Shown here: piece after piece, positions 36,451 through 44,397 of the stretch
Layout: the number at the start of each line of letters is the position of its first letter
How positions within the stretch are numbered: position 1 is the stretch's first letter
DNA from: Nitrososphaerota archaeon
Lineage (GTDB): Archaea; Thermoproteota; Nitrososphaeria_A; Caldarchaeales; Caldarchaeaceae
Direction: 5' to 3'
Length of the DNA: 64,000 bases
Assembly: GCA_041641305.1 (NCBI GenBank)
Contig: JBEPYN010000001.1
Coordinates: forward strand, 224,001-288,000
Position numbers and translations under genes: made by a program
Notes under the pieces: model-generated
The model's input: the letters and a program-made list of their open reading frames with translations, nothing else
Database searches by the model: none
What the model was told of the DNA's origin: nothing

Positions 36451-37630
36451 GCCTCACCTTTACAGCAACCGGTGTTGCTCTTCTGCTTGAATGGATATAA
36501 AGTATGTCACCGTCGACTATGCCCGCTGACTCTATCTCCATATCATCGCTTAACAATTTTGCACCATGCTGTAACCTCGTGTCCGGGAACATGAGCAGGT
36601 TAGATAGCCTCTCTCTCAAATCGGCGACAGTCTCGTCTGGCGAGACGTTAACCTGCATAGGCTTATCTTCATCGTAGCCGCATACATGGCAGTTAATGTT
36701 TCTCTCCAGCTTTATCCGCGTAAGCCTTCCCTTCAGCCCGTCGAAAACCATCATCCCGTTCAACGGCCTGCCCAAAGAACCTTTATGCAGTATTCGGACG
36801 ACCTCGAAAGCAGCCAAGCCGGAGACTGTAGCCGATATGCTCTGTAAAGCAGGCATCTTGGGGTTGAGCAGTGAGCGGAGCTGTATAACCTGGTCTCGGA
36901 GACCCTTATCCATTTGGTCTAACACGGTCTGTGGAGCAAACTTAATGTCGTAAACAGTCTTGATATTGTATTTGAAGAGTGCCTCAGCCTCTGAAACTTC
37001 CAGTACTATGCCTCGTTCACTCAGCTCCTTTACGAGGTCGTTTGGGGTGCGGCGGCGTAGAGAGCATTCGGACGCCTGTATGTCGGCGGGAATAAGGGCC
37101 TCTGCGTGGCATTCGAGGCAGCTTGTAACACGAGGTATCACAGTTTGAACATTGCCATAATATCCGTCTGTTGCGACGTCAACAAGCGCAGTTCCAACAT
37201 GCACCGCCATCGAGTTTATCCATCTTCTAGTAGGCCAGTTGTCAACAGCGGAAACTATGACATCAACCTCTCCGAAGGTTTCTTCGGGGATTCTTCGAAC
37301 ATCTGTTTGTAAGCCTTTTACTTTTACGAGAGGGTTCATCATGGATATTTTTTTCTCGGCCGTAGATGCTTTTGGCTGGCCTATGTCTTGGTCGGTGTAG
37401 AGCATCTGGCGGCTGAGGTTGGAGAGCTCAACGTAGTCGTTGTCTATGAGGAGCAGCTCACCCACGCCCATAAGCGATAGGTTTTTCGCCACCTCGCATC
37501 CCAGCGCCCCCACACCCGCGATAACCACCCTCCCCGACAGGAGCCTGCTCTGGTCCCATCCCTCGAGCCTTAGCTGACGGTCGTACCTCGACAGAGCGTC
37601 AACCTCGCCCAAAACTACAAACCCTTCCAA
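36431..37630 (-). CDS. e1l: Ubiquitin-activating enzyme E1 with C-terminal Ub-fold domain
   Basis: RYDRQ, GVGALGCE, SNLSRQ, Zn pairs CLEC and CHVC, candidate catalytic Cys in SECS, C-terminal beta-grasp-like ETVADL...GAKLL...GI.DGD. Confidence 0.93.
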   Translation of the reverse strand: MEGFVVLGEVDALSRYDRQLRLEGWDQSRLLSGRVVIAGVGALGCEVAKNLSLMGVGELLLIDNDYVELSNLSRQMLYTDQDIGQPKASTAEKKISMMNPLVKVKGLQTDVRRIPEETFGEVDVIVSAVDNWPTRRWINSMAVHVGTALVDVATDGYYGNVQTVIPRVTSCLECHAEALIPADIQASECSLRRRTPNDLVKELSERGIVLEVSEAEALFKYNIKTVYDIKFAPQTVLDQMDKGLRDQVIQLRSLLNPKMPALQSISATVSGLAAFEVVRILHKGSLGRPLNGMMVFDGLKGRLTRIKLERNINCHVCGYDEDKPMQVNVSPDETVADLRERLSNLLMFPDTRLQHGAKLLSDDMEIESAGIVDGDILYIHSSRRATPVAVKVRLVEAGN

Positions 37631-38121
37631 CGCTTCTTTCCAAAAGCCTGCTCAGGCGTAGCAAATGTTTCAACAAACTGTCTAACACGGGCGTAGAATA
37701 GGTCGGGCCTGTTCTTGTACTCAAATGCTGCGACGGGGTTAAGAGGATCCTCGGGGTTGGGGTTCGTCAGAAGGTTTCTCAGCGACTCGATAACCGCCAC
37801 AATGCGGAGAGAAGGTGACCAATGGTCTTTGAAAATTGATTCACAAACCCTTGCAGGGACGCTGTCCGAGAAATTTGGGTGCCATATACGTGTGTGCCAT
37901 ATAACATCTGGCGGGAAATATGGATAGGACCTCGGAATGATTATTTCTACTCTGAAGTAGCCTCCCTCATATTCGCCTGAGCCAACTATAACGCCTTCGT
38001 AATGGGTTAGGTCGTTTTCAACAGGTGTGAAGGTGGGCTCATTCTCCTGAATCAACGCATACTCGAGAGCCAGCCGCCTGTACCACGCGTTTTCAGGCAG
38101 CTCGACGTATTGGCTCTCCAT
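37615..38121 (-). CDS. e2l: Ubiquitin-conjugating enzyme E2
   Basis: RRL..E, YEGG.F, YP..PP, WHPN, catalytic Cys (RVCES), WSP, PNPEDPLN..AA. Confidence 0.96.
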   Translation of the reverse strand: MESQYVELPENAWYRRLALEYALIQENEPTFTPVENDLTHYEGVIVGSGEYEGGYFRVEIIIPRSYPYFPPDVIWHTRIWHPNFSDSVPARVCESIFKDHWSPSLRIVAVIESLRNLLTNPNPEDPLNPVAAFEYKNRPDLFYARVRQFVETFATPEQAFGKKRWKGL

Positions 38122-38356
38122 ATCCGCCCACCGTCCTCGTTATGAGTACGAATTTGTCTCCATCGGCTACTCCGAGGCTCTCAAGTGTTTCCGTGTCTTT
38201 GAGAGCTCTTCCTTTATAGGTTAGACGTGTGGTGTCGGGTGGAAGTTTCTTCATGGCGCAAACCTTCGTCCGAACTGCTCCGACGGTGGCGTTTGGAGCA
38301 ACCTCGAGCTCTAAGGGTGAACCTCCTCCGACAGCTGGAACGATCTTAATCTTCAT
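38093..38356 (-). CDS. ub: Eukaryote-type ubiquitin precursor (87 aa; G77-G78 plus a 9-aa propeptide)
   Basis: MKIKIV...TVGAVRTKV...RLTYKGRALKD..TLESLGV.DGD...RTVGG|YGEPIRRAA; ATG at 38356. Confidence 0.95.
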   Translation of the reverse strand: MKIKIVPAVGGGSPLELEVAPNATVGAVRTKVCAMKKLPPDTTRLTYKGRALKDTETLESLGVADGDKFVLITRTVGGYGEPIRRAA

Positions 38357-38497
38357 TTCTGAACTCCTGATAACCACAGCGTATATAAGGATTAACCAGA
38401 AGTCAAACCTCGAGCCAGCTTACAAAATACCTCGGTAATATTCAATATCGTTTCTTGCAGCGTCATTTTTATTACCGTCCGAGTCATCGGTCTCCCA

Positions 38498-39106
38498 ATG
38501 CGTGTGCGTATCTACCCACTGGCCTTGGCGAAGGTTGTAAAGCACGCTGCCTCAAGCCTCAACCGAGAGGTGGCGGGCCTCCTCGTCGGCAAATCGGCTG
38601 GGAAAGTTCTGGAGATATGGGACGCGGTCACAGGTGAGCAATATGGTACCCCTGCTTACGTGCAGCTTGATGAGCTGGTCATGGCTAGGGTTGCGGAAGA
38701 CCTCTCTAAATCGGATAAAAACCTGTACATAGTCGGATGGTATCATTCTCATCCGGGGCTTGATGTTTTTCTATCGCCGACAGACATCGACACGCAGAAA
38801 AGATACCAGGCCATGTACAGCAAGGCCGTCGCGCTCGTGGTGGACCCTGTTGAGTATGCCAAGACACGTAGAATCTCTGCTCTTAAGTTCAAGGTTTTCC
38901 AGATATCGAAAGAGGGGAAGGTTGTTTCTCTTCCTGTAAGCATTGGAGTACACAGAGCTAAGCTTCTTGAAAGCACTCTCCACGCCCTGAGCACTTTTGA
39001 TTTTATACATATCTTCGGAGAGTCTTCCAGTAAGACGAGGGAGAAGCCTTCGTTGGATGAACAGGAGAGTTTGCTGGAAAAAGCTAAAAAGTTATTCGGA
39101 GTGTAG
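38498..39106 (+). CDS. rpn11: JAMM/MPN+ metalloprotease (Rpn11-like deubiquitinase / pro-Ub maturase)
   Basis: REVAGLLVG, GWYHSHPGLDVFLSPTD; divergent from ub. Confidence 0.95.
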   Translation: MRVRIYPLALAKVVKHAASSLNREVAGLLVGKSAGKVLEIWDAVTGEQYGTPAYVQLDELVMARVAEDLSKSDKNLYIVGWYHSHPGLDVFLSPTDIDTQKRYQAMYSKAVALVVDPVEYAKTRRISALKFKVFQISKEGKVVSLPVSIGVHRAKLLESTLHALSTFDFIHIFGESSSKTREKPSLDEQESLLEKAKKLFGV

Positions 39107-39137
39107 AAGAGAATAGCTGGGACGGGGTCGCTGAAGC

Positions 39138-39929
39138 TTGCCGAAAAAAATCGTTCTCCGCATAAAGCCGTCGACGCAGCATCAAGAGACCTCTCCAGAC
39201 ATAGAGATGGTTACTCCTCAACCTTCACAAGAGGAACAACCTGCTAAAGAAGAGAATGTGAAACCTGTTGAGGAGCCTGTTCAACAGCCGGTTGGTGACG
39301 ACCTTGACGCGGCTCTAAAAATGTATGAGGAGCTGATGCGAGAGGTTGAACGGCTGCGCGGTCTCGACCGTAACTTCATGCTTTACTGCATCAAAATGGA
39401 GGAGCTGAGACCTCAGCTGGTGAGAAACATTTTGGGCAGACTTGCCGAGAAAAGGAACGCGTTGCTGGAGAAAAGTGAAGAGGTTTTGGAGAGGCTTAAG
39501 GCGGCGAGAGAAGCCATAGGCTCAGAGTTTGCCCAAGTAGAGGAGGAGCTGATTTGGTCCAGCATCGAGCTAAACACCATGCAGCTTGAGAAGGATACAG
39601 ACTCTGATAAGGGTGTCGGATTAAGGGAGGAGCTTGAGGCAAAGATACCTGAGCTAAGAAAAAAGCTCGCAAGCCTACGAAACAGGTTAAAGATGATTGA
39701 GGAGATGGTGAAACAGCTCTCTGACCTACCGCGCAACATAGCAGACATGACGACAAATAAGGAGGAGCCGGCCAAACTTTTCGAGGAAATCAAGAAAAAA
39801 TACATGCTATCATATGGGCAGCGCGCCGAGGCTGTTGCGAGGGCGGAGGTTGAGAAAATCGCTCAACAGGAGTCGATACCGCGGGAGTATGCTGTTATTA
39901 TTCTCTGGAAAAGCATGTCCAACCGTTAA
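39138..39929 (+). CDS. Coiled-coil protein with disordered P/E/Q-rich N-terminus
   Basis: Heptad-rich helices; 31 nt downstream of rpn11 on the same strand. Confidence 0.72.
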   Translation: MPKKIVLRIKPSTQHQETSPDIEMVTPQPSQEEQPAKEENVKPVEEPVQQPVGDDLDAALKMYEELMREVERLRGLDRNFMLYCIKMEELRPQLVRNILGRLAEKRNALLEKSEEVLERLKAAREAIGSEFAQVEEELIWSSIELNTMQLEKDTDSDKGVGLREELEAKIPELRKKLASLRNRLKMIEEMVKQLSDLPRNIADMTTNKEEPAKLFEEIKKKYMLSYGQRAEAVARAEVEKIAQQESIPREYAVIILWKSMSNR

Positions 39930-40324
39930 AGCACTGGCCTGAATTTTACGCCATAGATTATTAGCTTCGACTCGCCGTCTACACGGATTTTTCTCACGAC
40001 CGTTTCGACATCCATTCCAACTGTAAGCTCTGATGGTTCGCAGTCTGTCATCTGACCTATTACCTGCGTGCCGTCGGGCATCTCAACCCATGCTACAATG
40101 TATGGAACATTTTTCTCAAGACCTGTCTGAGGTTGATAAACTACGGTGAAATGCTTCAGTTTGCCGTGGTTGGCGAGCCTATCTCTTTCAAGTCTGCGTG
40201 AACCACATTTTCTACATATCTTCCGAGAAAACGGGTTGAAGTGGCCGCACTGTGTGCAACGGTTTCCCTCAAGCCTGTAGAGATAGGGGCGGAGACGCCA
40301 GTATGAGGATGGCCGGGTTGACAT
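39926..40324 (-). CDS. DUF35 Zn-ribbon/OB-fold protein
   Basis: CTQCG...CRKCG, QMTD, VGMDVE.V.RK, YG.KFRP. Confidence 0.92.
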   Translation of the reverse strand: MSTRPSSYWRLRPYLYRLEGNRCTQCGHFNPFSRKICRKCGSRRLERDRLANHGKLKHFTVVYQPQTGLEKNVPYIVAWVEMPDGTQVIGQMTDCEPSELTVGMDVETVVRKIRVDGESKLIIYGVKFRPVL

Positions 40325-40325
40325 G

Positions 40326-41483
40326 CTACACCCACTCCTCTACAACGGCAACTGCTGAGAAGGAGCCGAGTCCAGCCATCGAGGACACAAGACCCGCCTT
40401 AGCGCCGTCGACCTGATTTTTTCCAGCGCGTCCAGACAGTTGCAGAAAGCTTTCAACCAAGGCGTAGAGACCCGAGGCCCCTACCGGGTTCCCGCGGCCC
40501 TTCAAACCACCGAATGTGTTGACAGGCACCTCACCCGACAGCGACCACCTGCCTTTACGCGCGAGATGACATGACTCACCGGCCTCTGCCAACCCAATAG
40601 CTTCAAGAGAAAGCGGCGTCAACAAGCTGTAGCTATCATGAACTTCCACGAAGTCAAGATCAGACACCTTTCTCCCCGCCATCTCCAAAGCCCTCTGAGA
40701 AGCCAGAGATAGGCTCCTCAGCCATAGAGGGTCTTCGCGGTCAAACGGAGAGAGATAATCCGTGGCCGCACCAATGCCTGAAACCACAGCCTTGTAGCCG
40801 TCTGTTTTCTGGGCTGTTTCCAGTGACGTGATTACAACAGCGGCTGCTCCGTCCGCCGGAGCAGTTGTCTCCAGCCGCCTAATTGGTTCTGCTACGCTTG
40901 GCGAGTTTACGACTGTGTCGAGGGTGATTTTGAACTGGTATTGAGCGTGCGGCACGGTTTGAGAATGCTCATGGCTGAGGACTGAGAAGTAAGCAACATC
41001 TTCATGCTCCAGCCTGTTGCGTTTCAAATACTCTTTGTAGAGTAGAGCCGCTTCGGCCAGTTGTGTCACTCCAAGTGCAGCAACAGTTTCCGCGGGCTCC
41101 TCCGTCGTGAGCAGTGACACGTAATCCTCGGAAGTGGCCTCAGACATTTTTTCGCCGCCGACAACGAGGACAGATTTGTATAGGCCGGATGAAACAGCTG
41201 CGACGGCGGCTATTGCTGCAGCCAGGCCGGAGGCCCCGCCGGCCTCAACCCTTGAGGCGGCCACACCTCTTATCCCAAGCTCTTCCGCGAGATATGCTCC
41301 GATGTTGGACTGCTCCTGCAGAACCTGCCCAAATGTGTTTGAGACATATACCGCGTCTACTGCGGATATGCCAGCGGAATCGAGTGCTTGTACCGAGGCT
41401 TCCGCCATAAGCTCTGTCAAGCCTTTGTCCCAGTGCTCCTCAACCTTCGTCAACCCAGCGCCTACCAACGCAGCCCGCAACAC
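40326..41483 (-). CDS. Archaeal/SCP2-type thiolase homologue lacking catalytic residues
   Basis: GGEKM, DGAAA, EVHD, VN..GGLK.RG are present, but the catalytic motifs read EAGGASG, HDSY and GNP. Confidence 0.88.
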   Translation of the reverse strand: MLRAALVGAGLTKVEEHWDKGLTELMAEASVQALDSAGISAVDAVYVSNTFGQVLQEQSNIGAYLAEELGIRGVAASRVEAGGASGLAAAIAAVAAVSSGLYKSVLVVGGEKMSEATSEDYVSLLTTEEPAETVAALGVTQLAEAALLYKEYLKRNRLEHEDVAYFSVLSHEHSQTVPHAQYQFKITLDTVVNSPSVAEPIRRLETTAPADGAAAVVITSLETAQKTDGYKAVVSGIGAATDYLSPFDREDPLWLRSLSLASQRALEMAGRKVSDLDFVEVHDSYSLLTPLSLEAIGLAEAGESCHLARKGRWSLSGEVPVNTFGGLKGRGNPVGASGLYALVESFLQLSGRAGKNQVDGAKAGLVSSMAGLGSFSAVAVVEEWV

Positions 41484-41484
41484 G

Positions 41485-42531
41485 CTACACCCTTATCTTC
41501 TCCCTGAATTTGAGGTAGGTCGAGTAATCGATCGGCTTTCTGCGGCTGAGCAGTTGGCTGAAGCTCGGGCCCCTGCCGCGTTTCTCCTCCACGCCGTCGC
41601 AGACAGTTAACACGAAAGAGTCGCTTCCAGCTCCCGAGCCATAAGAGGTCATCAGTATACGCTGACCCGGCTTAGCTATGTCTAAGACCTTTGCAAGACC
41701 AATCATCGAGCAGGCGGCATAAGTGTTTCCGACCACGTCAGCCACTATGCCGGGCTTCACCTTCTCAACGGGAATGGAAAGTATCTTTGAGACCGCGAGA
41801 GGGAATTTTACGTTAGGCTGGTGGAAAACAAAGTAGTCTATGTCGGTGACGGTGAACCCGTTTTCCTCGAGCACGGTCTTGACAGCAGAAAGGGTGTGGT
41901 GGAAGTAGGCTGGTTCCCCTGTGAAGCGGGACCCATGCATCGGATACCGTTCATAGCTTCTTCTCCAGAAGTCAGGAGTGTCGGACACGTATGATGTCGA
42001 GTATTCGAATTTCGCTACACAGTCTGAGCCGTTTCGTCCTATGAGGAAGGCCGCGGCCCCGCTTGCCGCGGTGTATTCGAGGGCATCCCCAGGCCTCCCC
42101 TGAGCTGTGTCAGCTCCTATTGCAAGCCCAAACTCAATCCTCCCTGTCTCGACGAGAGCTGTAACCATCTGCATAGCCTCTGTCCCCGCTTTGCAGGCGA
42201 ACTCGAAATCAGCGGTGGTCACGTGGCGGGATACACCGAGGATTTCGGCGACCAACGTGCCAGAGGGTTTGACCGCATATGGCTTTGACTCTGTTCCCAC
42301 ATGAACCGCCTGAACCCTTGAAGGCTCCACATCAGCCCTAGCCAGAGCCATTCGAGCGGCCTCGGCGGCCATTGTTATAGTGTCTTCATCCAAACCCGCC
42401 ACTGCCTTCTCTTTGACAGGCAGGTCGGCGGAGGATTTCCCCCAGACCCTTGCTATCTCCTCACCAGCAATCCTATACCTGGGGAGATAGCAACCATAAC
42501 CATGAATAGCCGCGTCCCTTATCTTCGGCAT
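41485..42531 (-). CDS. Archaeal HMG-CoA synthase
   Basis: DED..TM, GTES.PYAVKP, EFACKAGT, FTGEPAYF.H, HQPN, GNTY, SYGSGAGSD. Confidence 0.94.
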   Translation of the reverse strand: MPKIRDAAIHGYGCYLPRYRIAGEEIARVWGKSSADLPVKEKAVAGLDEDTITMAAEAARMALARADVEPSRVQAVHVGTESKPYAVKPSGTLVAEILGVSRHVTTADFEFACKAGTEAMQMVTALVETGRIEFGLAIGADTAQGRPGDALEYTAASGAAAFLIGRNGSDCVAKFEYSTSYVSDTPDFWRRSYERYPMHGSRFTGEPAYFHHTLSAVKTVLEENGFTVTDIDYFVFHQPNVKFPLAVSKILSIPVEKVKPGIVADVVGNTYAACSMIGLAKVLDIAKPGQRILMTSYGSGAGSDSFVLTVCDGVEEKRGRGPSFSQLLSRRKPIDYSTYLKFREKIRV

Positions 42532-42642
42532 GGAGAATGGATTTGTCCTGTCCTATTAAAAGGCTTTTGTAGATAAAGATTTCGACAACCAGCGAACAAC
42601 GGCAAAAATATTACAAGGTCTTGCCAATAATCATCCGTCATT

Positions 42643-43092
42643 ATGACAATGGAACTCGATGAAAAGGATTTGAGAATTCTTCAAGAGCTTGTGGAGGATG
42701 CTGAGCAGGCGGTTTCAGCCATAGCGGCTAAGGTTAAGATGCCTCGCACAACTGTTCAGGAGAGGATTAAGCGGCTTAAGCAGCTGGGCGTGATAAAGAA
42801 GTTCACGGTTCAGCTTGATCATTCTAAGCTGGGCAAACCCGCCACAGCATTTGTCCTCGTCTCCTTCCAGCAGGGAACAACTTCGCAGAAGAAACTGGCC
42901 GAGGAAATAGCGAAGCTTCCCGAGGTCGTTGAGGCACATGTCATAACCGGTGAATGGGACATAATCGTGAAAGTAAGGTCCGAGTCTATGCAGTCCATCG
43001 GCGCTCTCGTTGTCGACAAAATCAGGAACATGCCAGGCGTCGGAAAAACTATTACATGTGTTTCGCTCGCAGCCGTCAAAGAAAGCGTCTAA
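42643..43092 (+). CDS. Lrp/AsnC transcriptional regulator
   Basis: LDEKD..IL, HTH TV..RIKRL...GVI, TGEWD RAM domain. Confidence 0.93.
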   Translation: MTMELDEKDLRILQELVEDAEQAVSAIAAKVKMPRTTVQERIKRLKQLGVIKKFTVQLDHSKLGKPATAFVLVSFQQGTTSQKKLAEEIAKLPEVVEAHVITGEWDIIVKVRSESMQSIGALVVDKIRNMPGVGKTITCVSLAAVKESV

Positions 43093-43093
43093 C

Positions 43094-43894
43094 ATGGGGG
43101 TGAAGAAAACGCTGGAAAACGTGAAGGGCCTCGTCCTCGACATGGACGGAACAATCTACATCGGCTCTAAGCCACTGCCCGGCGCGCCGGAGGCCGTCAA
43201 CAAACTCCGAAAAAAGCTAAGGCTGGTATTCATGACAAACAACTCCACTATGACGAGGGTCCAATACCTTGAGAAGCTACACCGTATGGGCATTCACGCC
43301 TCTGTCTCAGAGATTTTGACATCGGGTTACCTTGCAGCAAGATATGTGGCCGCGGAGCATCCCGGGGCCCGTGTACTCGTCGTGGGAGAGGAAGGAATAT
43401 CAGCCGAGGCCAGGCAACTGGGTCTGCGGATAATTGAACACAGCGAGTGGAAGTCCGCCGATTACGTCGTAACAGGCCTTGATAGACATTTCACCTACCA
43501 GAAAGCAGCGGACGCAGCTCGCGCCATCAGAAACGGTGCAAAATTCATAGCAACAAACCTTGACAACATCTATCCGACTGAGCAGGGGTTTATGCCGGGC
43601 GCCGGCTCAATCGTCGCCATGCTTTCAGCTGCCACGGGCGTGAAGCCATTATCGGTGGGAAAACCGTCGATTACTTCCTCCCAAATGGCTCTTGAGACCT
43701 CGGGTCTCCAAGCCTCGGAGGTGATTTTTGTCGGCGACCGTGTGGACACAGATGTTGCAGCAGCAAGGATGGTTGGGGCCCGTTGCATACTCGTGAAAAC
43801 CGGTGCCTTCGAGCTTTTCAGAGACAAGACATCCGACGCCGACATGGTTATAGAAAGTTTAGCCGAGCTGCCGAGCCTCCTATCCATAGAGTAA
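43094..43894 (+). CDS. HAD-IIA hydrolase (NagD family)
   Basis: DMDGT, TNNS, ATN.D, GKP, GDR.DTD; start moved to ATG 43094. Confidence 0.9.
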   Translation: MGVKKTLENVKGLVLDMDGTIYIGSKPLPGAPEAVNKLRKKLRLVFMTNNSTMTRVQYLEKLHRMGIHASVSEILTSGYLAARYVAAEHPGARVLVVGEEGISAEARQLGLRIIEHSEWKSADYVVTGLDRHFTYQKAADAARAIRNGAKFIATNLDNIYPTEQGFMPGAGSIVAMLSAATGVKPLSVGKPSITSSQMALETSGLQASEVIFVGDRVDTDVAAARMVGARCILVKTGAFELFRDKTSDADMVIESLAELPSLLSIE

Positions 43895-43929
43895 ATGTTT
43901 TATTCACCAGAAAGCCGTATTATGATAGG

Positions 43930-44313
43930 TTGCTAGAGGTAAAGGTTTCAGAAATAATGTCCCGTCGAGTCGTGACAGCAAACGCCGATGAGAAGCTATC
44001 CGATATTGCGGAGAAGATGATTCAGTCAAAGGTTAGCAGCGTCGTAATTGTTTCGGATGGAAAAGTCGCAGGCATAGTTACGGAGAAAGATTTCGTGAAG
44101 TTCTTTGCGTTACGTGTGGATTATGACTCTAAAGTCAGCGACTACATGACGCGTAATGTCATCGTTGTTAGGGAGTATGCCTCCTTGAACGAGGCTAAGA
44201 ACATTATGATCTCCAACAATATTAGGCACCTGCCAGTCGTCGACCGCGGCAACAACTTGGTGGGCATGATAACAATCAGAGATATTGTGGAATCCGTGGA
44301 GACGCTGGTTTAG
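43930..44313 (+). CDS. CBS-pair protein
   Basis: V.EIM, GIVTEKD, IRHLPVV, G.ITIRD. Start uncertain (TTG 43930). Confidence 0.87.
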   Translation: MLEVKVSEIMSRRVVTANADEKLSDIAEKMIQSKVSSVVIVSDGKVAGIVTEKDFVKFFALRVDYDSKVSDYMTRNVIVVREYASLNEAKNIMISNNIRHLPVVDRGNNLVGMITIRDIVESVETLV

Positions 44314-44371
44314 CGGCTCAGATACCCCAGAGACTATCACGTGTTCAAGTGTCTCTGTTCATCATCGCCGC
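44313..44371 (-). ncRNA. Box C/D small RNA
   Basis: Minus strand reads GCGGC-G-ATGATGA(C)-ACAGAGACAC-TTGA(D')-ACAC-GTGATAG(C')-TCTCTGGGGTAT-CTGA(D)-GCCGC: perfect C and D boxes, a 5-bp GC terminal stem, and 10- and 12-nt guides. Confidence 0.8.
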
Positions 44372-44397
44372 CTATCCCAGCAATGGGGCTGGAGCTG

